A DNA stretch of 64,000 nucleotides from Blastocladiella emersonii ATCC 22665 (taxonomy: Eukaryota; Fungi; Blastocladiomycota): positions 806,001-870,000 of the forward strand of contig JANHCV010000007.1 of NCBI GenBank assembly GCA_025594325.1. The letters run 5' to 3'. Shown here one piece after another: positions 24,001 to 35,700 of the stretch; position 1 is the stretch's first letter; the number at the start of each line of letters is the position of its first letter. The translations under genes were made by a program, and so were the position numbers. The notes below the pieces were generated by a model. That model made no database searches and had not been told where the DNA came from. It saw only the letters and a program-made list of their open reading frames with translations.

Positions 24001-26731
24001 GTGAACGGAGCCGCGGTCGTCGACGCCACCGCGAGCTCGGGCGTGTCGACGTCAATGAACTCGGTCGCGTCGTCCATGGTCGCGGCCGCCTGCCAGTCGA
24101 CGACGCCGGCCGTGCGCTTCCGGTCGGCCTCCATCTCGGCGACCTGCTCGGCGGTCCACTTCTTGGCGTCGGGGACCGTCAACTCCTCATCGGCGTGCGA
24201 CGCGGGCCGGCCCACGAGCCAGTCAGGGCGGACCGCGCGGATGCGCGACACGGAGACGACGTCGGCCGGCGGGATCCACCACCCGTCGACGTTCTCGCAC
24301 ACAATGAGCGTGGGGGCAGCGGGCGCGGCGGGTGGGGCGGGAGGTGCCGCGGTCGCCGAAACCGGCGCGCCCTTAATCCCGCTGACGACGGCCTCGACGG
24401 CGGCAATCAGCTTGGGCGCGAGGAGCGCGTCACGCTTGCTGCGCAGCCGCTCGTACTTCTCCTGGAGCGCGTCGCGCTCCGCCTTGGCGGCAGCGTCGAC
24501 GGCGCGCTTCGCCTCCTCGGCCTTTCTCGCCGCGGTCGCGCGCTGGATCGAGAGCGCCGTCGCGGCGCGCAGGGCATCGGCGACGGCGGTATTCGCGGCC
24601 TCGGCCTCGACGCGCGCCGCGTCGTGTTGCGCCTGGGCGGCCTCGAGGGCAGCCCGCGCCGCGTCGATGGCCGCGCGCGCGGTGTCGACCGCACGGGCCT
24701 TCGCCTCGGCCGCGGCCTTGAGCGCGTCGGTGCGCGCCTGCGCGGCGGCGACGTCGACCGCGAGCTGCGCCTCGTTCCGCCGCGCCGCTGCGAGTGCCGC
24801 GGCGAGCTCCTGCTTCCTCGCGTCCATGTCGGGCGACCCCGCGGACGACGGCGTCGCCGAGGGAACCGGTGTGCCCGCACCGCTCCCGATGCCGCTGTGG
24901 TTGCTCGACACGCTGCCGGCTCGGACGTAGATGTGACGGAGGGCCGGGTTTGCGGCGGCGCCGGCGGGGGCCGCGGGGGCCGCGGGGGTGCCGAGCGTGC
25001 GCAGCTTGTGGATCCGCGGCGCCTCGTCCTCGTCGTCGCTCACGTCGATGAACAGGTCCTGCACCGTGTTGCGGGCGAACGGGACGTTGTTGTTGCCGGG
25101 AGCGAAAGCGGGTGGTGGGGGTGGCGGAGGCGGGGGCGGGGGCGGCGAGCGCGCGGCGGGTGCAGATGAGGGGCGAGGCGCGGATGGCGGTTGAGGAACT
25201 GGAGGTGGTGGAGGCGGCTGCTGTCTCGCCGGCGGGGGTGGAGGAGGCGGCTGCTCTCTCACTGGCGGCGGCGGTGGCTGCTCCCTCACCGGCGGAGGCG
25301 GCGGCTGCAATCTAACCGGCATCGGGGGTACAGACTCGGCGACGGCGACGGCCGCCGCGGGCAGCGTGAGCGGCATGGGCGGCATAGTCGGCGGTCTAGC
25401 GGGCAGCGACGCGTGCGGCGGCGAGAGCAGCCCGTCGGGCTTGCCCGCCGGTCGCGGCGCCGGCGGGAGCGACGACGAGCTAGAAGCGGCGGAAAGACCC
25501 GCGCGAGGCGGCGTCGCATCGCTCGCGTTCGGGTGCGTGGCGGGCCGGTGGCTCGTCGAGGTCGACGCCGAAGACGAGATGCGTGCGCGCTTGTACGACT
25601 CGGCGTAGCTGCCGCTGCTGCTACCGGCCGCGGCGTCGTGCGAGGAGCCATTCGGGTGGGCCCGCTTCGCGACGGTGGCGAGGACCGGCGGGGAGCCGGG
25701 TCCCGGGCTCCATCTGGACCGCGGCGGGCGGCCGTTGGTCTGCTGGTGCAGGCGCGGCGAGGGCTCGGGGGTCCCGTCAGACCGCACCGAGGCGGGCGAT
25801 GCGGCAGCGCGCGACGTCAGGGTCGGCGCGGCGGCGGAGCGCGACGACGACGAGGACGAGGGCTGGTCCGGCGCCGAGCTCGGGCGAACGTGCCGGGGGA
25901 CGGTCGAGAAGGTCGATGCCGGGACCGAGCACGGGGTCCCGCTGGACGACTGCCGGCCGTTGGACTGCGTGTGCGCCACCGCCGTCAGTTCGGGCGTGCG
26001 CTCAGACCGCGCCGAAGTGGTGGGCGATGCGACAGAGCGCGACGTGACGGCGGACGGCGCGCTACTGCGGCGCGGCGGCGGCTGCAGCAGCTGCTGGTGC
26101 TCGAGCGCCGGCGTCTGCTGCCGCTCCTGCTGCTGCTGCTGCGACTGCAGCGAGGGCGCGGGCGTCGACCCGGCGGTGCTGCAGTTCCGTTCGCGGATCT
26201 CCTGCTCCTTCTGCAGCTTGTGGACGTATTGGAACACCTCGTTGACGCGGGGCTGCAGGTGCGAGTTCTTGGACAGGGCCTCGACGACCACGTCGACCGG
26301 GACCTGCGCGCACACCTCCTCGATGCCGAGCGTGCTCTCGAGCAGCTGCACAGCGAGCTGTTGCGGGTCGACGGGCGAGGTCGGGGCGCTAGAGGCGGAT
26401 GTCTGCATAAGACGATCGACTTCCCTTAGACCAATGGCGAGCGGAAAGCGTACCTCGCGACGACTACGGGCGCGGGTGCCGGTGCCGGCGCGGCGGGCGG
26501 TGCCGGCTGAAAGAAGAACTGCTGCTGCTGCTGCGGATACTGCTGTTGCTGAGCCGGTTGCTGCTGTGGCACGGCGTACTGTTGGAACCCGAACTGCCAG
26601 ACGGGCGGCGCGAGAAACTGGGCCGCGCCGGGCGGGGCGGGCGGGAACGCCATGGCGTAGGGCCAGCCGGGCGGCAGGGGCGGCGGGGGCGGGCCGCCGC
26701 CGCCAGCGCCACCGGCGCCAAAGGGATACAT
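21040..26731 (-). CDS. ZFC3H1: ZFC3H1/Red1-like zinc-finger scaffold of the nuclear exosome-targeting (PAXT/MTREC) complex
   Basis: Long Pro/Ser-rich N-terminus, coiled coil, zinc finger CPFELAAGGVCNDAKCEFTH, then HAT/TPR-like helices (WVQYAILLL, LKRGLTQYPAHPAIWELYLEL). Several introns occur in the 3' part. Confidence 0.8.
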
Positions 26732-26943
26732 GGTAGAGCGTGTGTTGGCGGTCGGTTGCGCCAAGTCGAGCGGGGTTGATCCGTAGCAGGGGGGCGGCGA
26801 GGGGAGGGGGAGACGTCTCGGGGCGGAGCGCGACGCTTCGAGCGAGAGACAGACGCGCTTCGCCGCGGCCCGTCAGCTGACTGATATCCCGAGAAGTATC
26901 ACACACACGCAGATGGATTACAAGACAATATAGGGCTACAATA

Positions 26944-28968
26944 TTACAGCCGCATACGGCGCGGCTTGGACAGAATGTTGCTCGCGTCGACGCCGTCGTC
27001 GTCCTCGTCGTCGAGCTGGAGCTGCAGGCGGCGCCGCTTGACGACGGGCGTGCCGGGGACCGTCGCGTCGCTCGACAGGTTCTTCCACGGGCTCGACGGG
27101 ACCTGCGGAGGTGACGACGAGTGGACCGACGACGCGCCGCCGCGCGTGCGTTTGTTCCGGCGCGGCGTCGACGCGACGGCCGGCGCCGGCGCGGGCGTGA
27201 ACTCGTCCTCGTCGCTCGCGTGCGCACTCCCGCCTCCCGCGCCGCCGCGTAGCTGTGGCTGCGGGTACTGGTGCGCGTATGCGCCGGGCCCGCCGTTGGG
27301 CCCACGCCCGCCGCCACCGCCGCCGACACGGCGGCCCGTCATGTCCTTGATGTAGTACTGCGTATCACGCCGCTTGGCCGCGCGCGTCGGCTGCGCGGAC
27401 CCAAACTCGCGGTACCGCGCGGCGCGCGCGCGGTCGGCGTCGCGGTCGGCGTCGTAGTACCACTGCGTGGGCCGCGTCAGCCACTTGTTCTTGGGCCGCA
27501 GCGCGAACATGGGCTTGTCCTCGAGCGTCGCCAGCACGTCCGCGTGCCAGATGTCCGGGGCGGGGTGGTTGCGGTAGTACACCTGGTTGGTCGAGATTTC
27601 GGCGAGCAGCTCGTGCAGCGACAGGTCGCTCCGGCCGCAGAAGGTGAAGGACTCGACGATGATGTCGAGCAGCGGCATTGGCGGGGAGCCGTAGTCGGCG
27701 TGGGTTGGCGGAGGGGAGACAGGCGAGGAGAGCGCGCTCGAGAGCGAGCCGCTGGTGCCCGGTCTCGACACGGTGCGGGGTGGGGTGCTCGGGCCCGCGA
27801 TCGAGAGCAGCTGCGGTTGTTGTGGTGGCGGCGCAGCAACGACTGCAGGTGGTGGGGTCGGCACCTTCTCGACGTCGACGACGGGCTCGTCGGCCTCGTC
27901 CTCGGGGAAAGCGACCGACAGCTCGATGGGAGCGCGGCGTGCTGGTGGGACGGGCGTAGTGGACTGAGCAGGTCGAGAAGACGAGGGCGGGTCCGATCGT
28001 GGTGCCGAGAGCGGCTTGTCGGACGAGCGAGGCGTCGTGGCCGCCGAGCGAGAGGGGGTGGGCGTCGCGCTCTTGATGGAGAGCAGTGCCGAGATGGCAT
28101 CGGCATCATCCGAGGTGGCTGCTGTTGGTGGTGCCGCATTCTCGTCGTTGCGGGGACGAGGAGCGGGCGGGAGCGAGACAGTTTTGAGGGAAGGCGACGA
28201 GGAGGCAGTGGGCGAGAAGACACCCAAGCGCGGTGTTGGGCGCGATTTGGGCGGGGGCATGATGGCTGCCGACGCCGAGGAGGAGGGCGTGGTGGCGAAG
28301 ACCGAGGGCGACGACTTGGCGGCCGTGGGTAGCGACCGTAGTGGTGCCGCAGCAGGTGCCGTCGAAGGCAGAGGCGGGAGGGCCTCGCGCACGACACCGC
28401 TCGACGGGGCGGGCGTCACTGGCGCAGCCACCGTAACCGGGCTCTGCGACGGGGCGCGGCGCGGGGTCGACCCGGGCGCCGTAGACGCCGCCGTCGATGC
28501 GACCGTAGACGCAGGCGAGGCCGCAGCGACGGACCCCGCATCCGACTTGGTCGGCGTCGCGGGCTCGGGAGCGTCACCGCGGAAGACGAACTTGAGGTCG
28601 CCGGGGAACTCGACGATAGTGCCGTCCTCGAGCAGCGGGTGGTCGTCGTCGTCGGCAAAGCACAGGCGGCCGGCAACGGTGACGCCGTTGAGGCCGAGGA
28701 CGCACAGGCGGAAGGCGCTGGCGGCCGCGTCCCACATGACGAGCGCGTGGCGCCGGGACAGCTTCTTGGCGGCGGCACCGGTGCCCTGCACAATGTAGTT
28801 GCAGTGCGGGTGGCGGCCGATGAGCACGCCGCGGTGCCGGCGGCCGTACAGCGGCACGGGCTCGGTCGGCGCGAGCACGCTGCTGCCGGGCGTCGTCGCC
28901 GTCGTTGCGGCGGCAGGCATGGTGGCCACGCGGGCCGGGGTCGTGGCCGAGGCGGCCGGAGTGTCCAT
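26944..28968 (-). CDS. TOS4: FHA-domain transcriptional regulator, Tos4/Plm2-like
   Basis: FHA motif VLIGRH..LSRRHA..LGLNG. The C-terminal block LLDIIVESF..QWYYDADRDADRARAA..RAAKRRDTQYYIK resembles the Tos4/Plm2 C-terminal domain. The likely start is MDTPAA at 28968. Confidence 0.75.
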   Translation of the reverse strand: MDTPAASATTPARVATMPAAATTATTPGSSVLAPTEPVPLYGRRHRGVLIGRHPHCNYIVQGTGAAAKKLSRRHALVMWDAAASAFRLCVLGLNGVTVAGRLCFADDDDHPLLEDGTIVEFPGDLKFVFRGDAPEPATPTKSDAGSVAAASPASTVASTAASTAPGSTPRRAPSQSPVTVAAPVTPAPSSGVVREALPPLPSTAPAAAPLRSLPTAAKSSPSVFATTPSSSASAAIMPPPKSRPTPRLGVFSPTASSSPSLKTVSLPPAPRPRNDENAAPPTAATSDDADAISALLSIKSATPTPSRSAATTPRSSDKPLSAPRSDPPSSSRPAQSTTPVPPARRAPIELSVAFPEDEADEPVVDVEKVPTPPPAVVAAPPPQQPQLLSIAGPSTPPRTVSRPGTSGSLSSALSSPVSPPPTHADYGSPPMPLLDIIVESFTFCGRSDLSLHELLAEISTNQVYYRNHPAPDIWHADVLATLEDKPMFALRPKNKWLTRPTQWYYDADRDADRARAARYREFGSAQPTRAAKRRDTQYYIKDMTGRRVGGGGGGRGPNGGPGAYAHQYPQPQLRGGAGGGSAHASDEDEFTPAPAPAVASTPRRNKRTRGGASSVHSSSPPQVPSSPWKNLSSDATVPGTPVVKRRRLQLQLDDEDDDGVDASNILSKPRRMRL

Positions 28969-29198
28969 GGCAGTGTAGCGGTACCTTGGCGGCGATGGAG
29001 GAATGCGAGAGAGGAGGGGCGATTTGAGCGGGCTTGCAAGGGGAACCGACCGCCGTTGCAGCGGCCGAAAAGTGCGAGACATCCGCCACGTGACGCGGCC
29101 CGGCTTGAGTTTCGACGCGTTGCCTTGCCTCGAGCGCGTCGCTCTTCCTCATCCCCCTCCCTCCCTCTCCCCGCACATCGCAACGGATCACAACCACC

Positions 29199-32100
29199 AT
29201 GGACTGGAGCAACGGCAGCGGAGACGACGACGGCGACGGCCAGCCTGGTCGCACTCCCCCGATCGCCACCGAGGGGGAGGCGCCACAGCCGCAACCGAGG
29301 AGCCCCACCGCGCCCGCCGCCCGCCCCAACAACCGGGCTCCCTCGTCGCATGCTGCGTCTGGGCCCTCGGCTCCTCCTCTTTCCGTGGCCCACCATGGCA
29401 GCAGCAGCCGGGGAGTCGACGAGGGCGCGGGCGCCGCCAGCGCTGCGGCTCTCCCGCCACCGCATCCGTCCGCCGTACCTGCTACGCATCAGCAAACTAC
29501 GCTATCGACCCACGCGAGCGCCGAAGCTGCTGCCCGCGCACCATCGTCATCATCCTCGTCGTCGTCGGCGAGTACTTCAAAAAAGGACCCGGCGCCTGCC
29601 TCGAAACCCGCCGCGTCCGTTGAGCAGGGCCCCGCGCTCCTCGTCATCCCGAAGCTCACCAAGCCGCCGCCCTCGCCGCCCAACAACCGCGGCAAACGCT
29701 CGTCTCGCCGCGCCCACCCGCACCCGCGCGACGCCATGGACACGACGCGTGCCACGACCGAGCAGCCGGCGTCGTCGCCGTCGGCGGTCCACGACCACCA
29801 CCACCACCACCATCACCGGCCAGGCCGGCCACACCGCTCGCTCACGGGCAGCCAGCTCGCCGCCGATGCCGAGGCGGCTGCTGCTGCCGCCGCGGCCGCT
29901 GCGCGCGCTCCGACCGAGGAGGCGGCAGCAGCGCCGTCAAGCGGCCCCAAGTTTGCCGTGGGCGTTGACGACGACGGCCGGCCCGCCGACGAGATCTCGG
30001 ACGACACGGCGGTCCCCGCCGACCTCGCCAACCTCGCCGACACCAAGGGACTCGGCCGGTTCCGCCAGGACCCCGTGCGCTTCATGATCCGGCTCTCGGC
30101 AGAGGGCTCGGCGTTCTACCTGGGCTCGGTACGCACGCTTTCGCTGGACTCACTCCGCGTCGCGCTGAACTAACCCGCTGCGTGCAGGGCTGGCGCAAGT
30201 ATGAGGGCTACATCGGGTCCAAGATCCTGTACCCGGGCTACTCCAAGGACATTTACCGCGCCGTGCTCGCCTCCACCACCGTGCAGGACGCGATTGCCGC
30301 CACCGTCGCCCACGAGGTGCGCCAGGGCCGCGACCGCGCCACCATCGAGAAGGCCGCCCGCGCCAAGGCTACGTCGTACATCAACGCCCTCATTGCCGAC
30401 CTCAGCTCCAAGCGCACGCTGCGCTTCGTCGCGTTTGTCGTCAACAATTTGCTCGTGCGGTACGTTGCTCGGTTCGGACCGGTTGCGCAATCTACCCTGA
30501 CCATTGCGCGCCGCGTTCTGTAGCATGTACCACCAGGGCATCTTCATCAAGGGATCCGAATGGCTCGCCGTACGCCTTCTCCCCCCTCGTCGTCCCTATC
30601 GCACCCTCTCACCTCCCCGTGCGAATGTAGCTCCGCAACGCCGCCAAGGCCGCCGAGGAAAAGGGCGTCTCGCTCGTGTTCCTGCCGTGCCACAAGTCGC
30701 ACGTCGACTACCTCGTCATCAGCTACGTCTTCTACCGCCTCGGCCTCGCCCTGCCGCACATCGCCGCCGGCCAGAACCTGAACATCCCCGTCGTCGGCAA
30801 GTTGCTCAAGAAGGGCGGCGCCTTCTTCATCCGGCGCTCGTTCGGCAACGACCCGATGTACTCGGCCGTGTTCAAGTCGTACCTCGAGGTCCTGCTGCAG
30901 CGCGGCCACAACATGGAGGCCTTTATCGAGGGCACGCGGTCGCGCACGGGCAAGCTGCTCCCGCCCCGGTTCGGCGTGCTCAAGGTCATCCTCGACGCCG
31001 TCATGTCCGGCCGCGTCAAGGACGCGGTCATCGTGCCCATGTCGATCGGGTACGACAAGGTGATCGAGACCGAGTCGTACGTCAATGAGCTGCTGGGCCG
31101 GCCCAAGGAGCCCGAGTCGCTCGGCCAGCTCGTCAACTCGACGTCGGTCCTGCAGCTGAAGCTCGGCCGCATCGACGTGCGGTTCGCCACGCCCTGGTCG
31201 CTCCGCGCCTGGGTCGATGCCGAGTGCATGGCGCGTGTCCCCGGCCCGCTCGCCCACGGCGGCGTCAACTCGCAGCTCCTCCTGCGCGCGCTCGGGTACC
31301 GCGTGCTGTCCGACATCAACGGCGTCTCGGTCATCATGCCGTCGGCACTCGTCGGCACCGTGATCTTGACGCTGCGCGGCCGCGGTGTCGGACGCAGCGA
31401 CCTCGTCGCCAAGATCGACTGGCTCCGGTCACAGATCGTCGCCAAGGGCGGCAAGGTCGCCGAGTTTGGTGACCCGACGCCCGTTATTCTCGACCGCGTC
31501 CTCGCCCTCCTCGGCGCCGACCTGATTGGCGAGCGCCGCGAGCTCCTCGAGCCCGTCTACTTTGTCAAGAAGCGGTTCGAGCTCTCCCTGTACCGCAACG
31601 CCGTCATGCACCACTTCATCGCCGAGGCCATCCTGTGCGCGTCCATCGAGGTCGGGCTCCGCGAGCAGCGCGGCGGGGTCGCCATGACGTACCACCAGCT
31701 TCTCCGCGGTACGCTTTTCGATGTGTGTGCACCATCACCCCCGAGGTCTGACATCTCGCGGTCGAGTACATGTAGACGTGGCGTGGCTGTCGCAGATTTT
31801 CAAACGCGAGTTCATCTACCCGCCGGGCGGCGTGCTCGACAACATGAACGTGACGCTCAAGTCGCTCAAGCGCAACGAGGTGCTGGGCGACATCGACCAG
31901 ATCCTGGACCGCGAGAAGTTTGACTTCTACTGCTTCCTCATCTGGCCGTTTGTCGAGACGTACTGGCTCGCGTGCGTGTCGCTGCTGCTCCTCGACCCGA
32001 CGCGGTCGTGGGGCGACGACGGGGACGGCGAGGGTGCCGCTGCCGCGGCCGACGGGTCGGTACCACTACGGTCAACGGCGAGCGATGATCCCGTCGTCGC

Positions 32101-32761
32101 GCCGCGCCGGCCGACGTGGTTCCTCGAGTCGGCCTTCACCAACCAGGTCCAGGAGCTCGCCAAGGTGCTCTACTACGAGGGCGAGCTCACGTACTTTGAG
32201 AGTATCAACAAGGAGATTCTCAAGAACGCGGTACGTCGCGCTCGTGTCTCACCCAACCGAACCGCCGATGGCTGACCCACTCCTCTCTTGCGAGCGTAGT
32301 GGAACTCGTTCCAAGAAGCCGGCATCATCGTGTACCAGAGCAACCCGGGCAGCGACGCGCCGCCCGCGACCACGACGCCCGCGACCAGCCCCGCATCACC
32401 ACCACCACCGTCCGCTTCCGCCTCAACGACCGCAGCAGCACCAACGGGCCTCGGCGGCACCCACATTGCCCTCGCGCGCGACTGGCACCCGGCCAAAAAC
32501 GACCGGCTCGTGCACACGCTCGCGACGCTGCACCGGTTCCGCCGCGACAAGGACGGCGTGATGCGGTACTATGCGCGCGCGGGCCTCTCGCCACGCGTCC
32601 GCCGCCTCCTCGATGCGGCGCTCGCCAAGATGGGGGCCGGGTACCTTGGCCGGCCCGAGGACGCGGGATGGCTCGGCGGGAAGACGGGTGGTGCGCCGGC
32701 CGAAGAGCCGCCGCTTGTCGTCGCGACGCCCGCCGGCGCGATGCCCGAGCCCAAGCTGTGA
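29199..32761 (+). CDS. Glycerol-3-phosphate/DHAP acyltransferase (PlsB/GPAM/GNPAT family), multi-exon
   Basis: Acyltransferase blocks FLPCHKSHVDY (HxxxxD), GAFFIRRSF, FIEGTRSRTGK and IVPMSIGYDKVIE. Several canonical introns; the last exon ends MPEPKL*. Confidence 0.9.
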
Positions 32762-33478
32762 TGTCGATGGAGATGGAGATGAACGGAGCCGTTCCCACGG
32801 ATCATCTATAGGACGACGACGAGTCTCGCTCATGTGTGCATCCTCGGATCATCTATCCCCAACGTCAGGCCAGGGTTGCGACGATAGTTCATCGTCGTCG
32901 GTGACGGCCACGGGATGCCGCTGCGTACAGGAGAGGGGAGGAGCGGACACACGCGTGCGGCGCTGGGGCCAGGCTCTCGGCCCGCGCGCGCGCAGATCAT
33001 TCCACCGATCAACCGTCACCGCGTGTCCTCGGCCTTCCCATCACGCATGGCCGCAGACTCGCGCGCACAGCGGCGGGTCGAGTCAGGGGGCGACGATGAG
33101 AGAGGGCAGTTGCAGCGCGCACACGCGGTGCGGCGCGTCCCGCGTCACAAGAACAACCGTCCCGCGAACTCGCGCGCATCTCGCGCGGATCCTAAATTGG
33201 ACCACGCGACACGATTCCGCGCTCGATGCCGAGCGAAAGAGCGACGTGAGTGGTTGGTGCGCGCGGGGATTCGAGCGCGGGGGCGTGTTTCGGCGCGCGG
33301 TCCACTCACGCGACGCGATCATGACTTTGATCACGGGAACAAGGACGACGCGTCGCCCCGTTATGCACGCGACTCCTTGCTCCTGCATCGATGGAGTCGC
33401 AGGGAACCAGTCGGCAACGTGCCGTGCCGGCGTTGGGAGTGGGATGCCCTGCGTACACAGCGGCGACGGCAGCGCGAG

Positions 33479-33484
33479 TATAAA
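33479..33484 (+). promoter_or_regulatory. TATA box of the subtilisin gene
   Basis: TATAAA about 100 bp upstream of ATG 33582 in an otherwise GC-rich context, followed by a pyrimidine-rich leader. Confidence 0.6.
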
Positions 33485-33581
33485 GAGCGGCCGCCTCCCC
33501 CGCTTCCTCCCAACTGAACCAGCATCAGCAGCTGCGCTCCTGACCCGCTAGACCCTAGAAGTCGTCACCACCACCAACACC

Positions 33582-34760
33582 ATGAAGATCGCCACCCTCC
33601 TCGCTGCTCTGGCCCTCGTCGTCGGCGTGCAGGCCGCGCCCGGCGGCAAGAAGGCGGGCGACGTGATCCCGAACCAGTTCATTGTGCGCCTCAAGCCCGA
33701 CGTCGACCAGGCCGCCTTCACCAAGGCGCTCAAGGCCGAGGTCGCCACCGAGAACGCGCGCGAGGGCGTCGCCGTGCAGTCCAAGGTCGACCACGAGTTT
33801 GCCGTGTCGGCGGCCTTCAAGGGCTACGCGGGCACCTTCTCGGCGGGCCTCGCCAAGCGCCTCAAGGAGCACCCCAAGGTCGCCGCCGTCGAGCAGGACA
33901 CGTGGGTCGCCATCTCGGGCGTCCAGCAGTCGCCGCCGTCGTGGGGCCTGGCGCGCATCTCGCAGCGCGACCTCAACCTGCGCGGCGCGCCGTTCGTCTA
34001 CCCGGACGCCGCCGGGTCGGGCGTCAACGCGTACATCATCGACACGGGCGTCACGGTGAACCACCGCGAGTTTGGCGGCCGCGCGTCGTGGGGCTACGTG
34101 TGCTCGGGCTGCTCGCAGCGCGACGGCCAGGGCCACGGCACCCACGTCGCCGGCACCGTCGCGGGCGCCACCACGGGCGTGGCCAAGCGGGCCAACGTCA
34201 TCGCCGTGAAGGTGCTCGGAGATGACGGGTTCGGGTCCAACTCGGAGATCATCAACGGCGTGTCGTGGGTCGCGCAGCACGCGCGCCAGACGGGCCGCCG
34301 GTCGGTCGCCAACCTGAGCCTCGGCGGCGGTTTTTCGCAGGCCACCAACGACGCCGTCTCGGCGCTCGCCGCATCGGGCGTTTTTGTTGGCGTAGCCGCG
34401 GGCAACGAGTCGCAGGACGCGTGCAACGTGTCGCCGGCGTCGGCGGCGGGCGCCGTGTGCGTGGCCGCGTCGACGAGCAACGACGCGCGCGCGTCCTTCT
34501 CCAACTACGGCCAGTGCGTCGACATCATCGCGCCCGGCCAGGACATTTACAGCGCGTGGAACAACGGCGGGTACAACACCATCTCGGGGACCTCCATGGC
34601 CACGCCCATGGTCGTCGGCGCCGCCGCCGCCACCTGGTCCGCCAACCCGTCGCTGTCCAAGGACGGGCTCGTCGCCAAGCTGCTCAACGACGCCACGCCC
34701 AACAAGATCTACGACGTCAACGGGTCGCCCAACCGTCTCCTCTACCTCAGCCCCCAGTAG
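33582..34760 (+). CDS. Secreted subtilisin-like serine protease (S8A, proteinase K type) with I9 propeptide
   Basis: Signal peptide, propeptide (FIVRLK..FKGYAGTFS), and catalytic triad motifs IIDTG, GHGTHVAGT and SGTSMATP. Intronless. Confidence 0.95.
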   Translation: MKIATLLAALALVVGVQAAPGGKKAGDVIPNQFIVRLKPDVDQAAFTKALKAEVATENAREGVAVQSKVDHEFAVSAAFKGYAGTFSAGLAKRLKEHPKVAAVEQDTWVAISGVQQSPPSWGLARISQRDLNLRGAPFVYPDAAGSGVNAYIIDTGVTVNHREFGGRASWGYVCSGCSQRDGQGHGTHVAGTVAGATTGVAKRANVIAVKVLGDDGFGSNSEIINGVSWVAQHARQTGRRSVANLSLGGGFSQATNDAVSALAASGVFVGVAAGNESQDACNVSPASAAGAVCVAASTSNDARASFSNYGQCVDIIAPGQDIYSAWNNGGYNTISGTSMATPMVVGAAAATWSANPSLSKDGLVAKLLNDATPNKIYDVNGSPNRLLYLSPQ

Positions 34761-35700
34761 AGAACGTGAGGTCTGATTTGTGTGCGAGTGGTTCGCATGG
34801 GCGCAAAGTGTCTGGTGTGTGTGCGAGAGAAGTAAATACAGACACGATTTTGACATGAATGAACATCATCAACCGCCTCATCTTTTAACATTCAGTGCAA
34901 TCTCGCGGTTTCGCCTTATGAGTGCATCGCGCGGGCCCAGAGGCTCTCGCTTGAACGGAGACGCGTCGATCCATGTCACGAGACATGACCGACGCGTGAG
35001 TCGATCGATCGGATGGCCGTTGCGCGCGTTTAGGCGTCCATGGGGGCAGGCCCGAGCACCGTCCACCCCAAGTCCGACGCGACAGGTTTCGTCGAACCCT
35101 TCCCCCCTCGCAGCGCGCAATTTCGCGCGTCTGGTGCTCTGAAGGCCGCGTGGGTCCACCTCGGTGGCTCCAGCTCAGGGCTTCTGTCGCGCACCGGGTG
35201 GTCTCGTGAAATGAACCATGCTATCACGATGCGGGGAAATCGCGCGATCCGCGTTGTAAGGTCAGTAAAGTGTGGCGCAGCCCCTGGGCTTTCGGCCACG
35301 CAGGTACTAGTCGGGTTTCTGCTCTCGTTGCCACTCACGTATGGGCCCAGTTTCCCCGCGAACGCGAACGCGACGAAGCCTATGTAGGTCGCGTGCGCAC
35401 AAGGTGCGGATCGTCCGCGTACGTGTTCTCAATACATTGCACCTCCGCATTGGAGCAATCGGTCGCCCGAGCCCCGCGTCGCGGGCTGCAAAACGCGTTT
35501 TCGCCTCGCGTTGCGCCTGCTGCGTCTCGTCGGCAGAATGGTCTATGCCCCGAGGAGCCTGGCGGGTGGGCGGGGACGGAGGCCAAAACATTGCATCGCG
35601 TTGGGGCGCTTGACCATATTCCGAAGGGCTAGGCTGTGGTCCTACAAATACGGACGCCACCCCTTCCTCTCGCGGACAGCTTCGCTGCAGCTGTTCAAGA

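Noticed and set aside
22506-25169. Very long antisense or alternative-frame ORFs (also 56199-58220, 14766-15929, 9373-11079 and others)
   Set aside because: These are shadow ORFs of GC3-rich real genes. They are Arg/Gly/Ala-rich, lack motifs, and stop codons are rare at this GC content.
29790-29817. (CAC)n poly-His tract in the acyltransferase N-terminus
   Set aside because: This is an ordinary low-complexity microsatellite in a disordered region, common in this genome.
33582-34760. Intronless subtilisin as a horizontal-transfer candidate
   Set aside because: It has typical fungal proteinase-K-type architecture and host-like codon usage, so lack of introns alone is insufficient.
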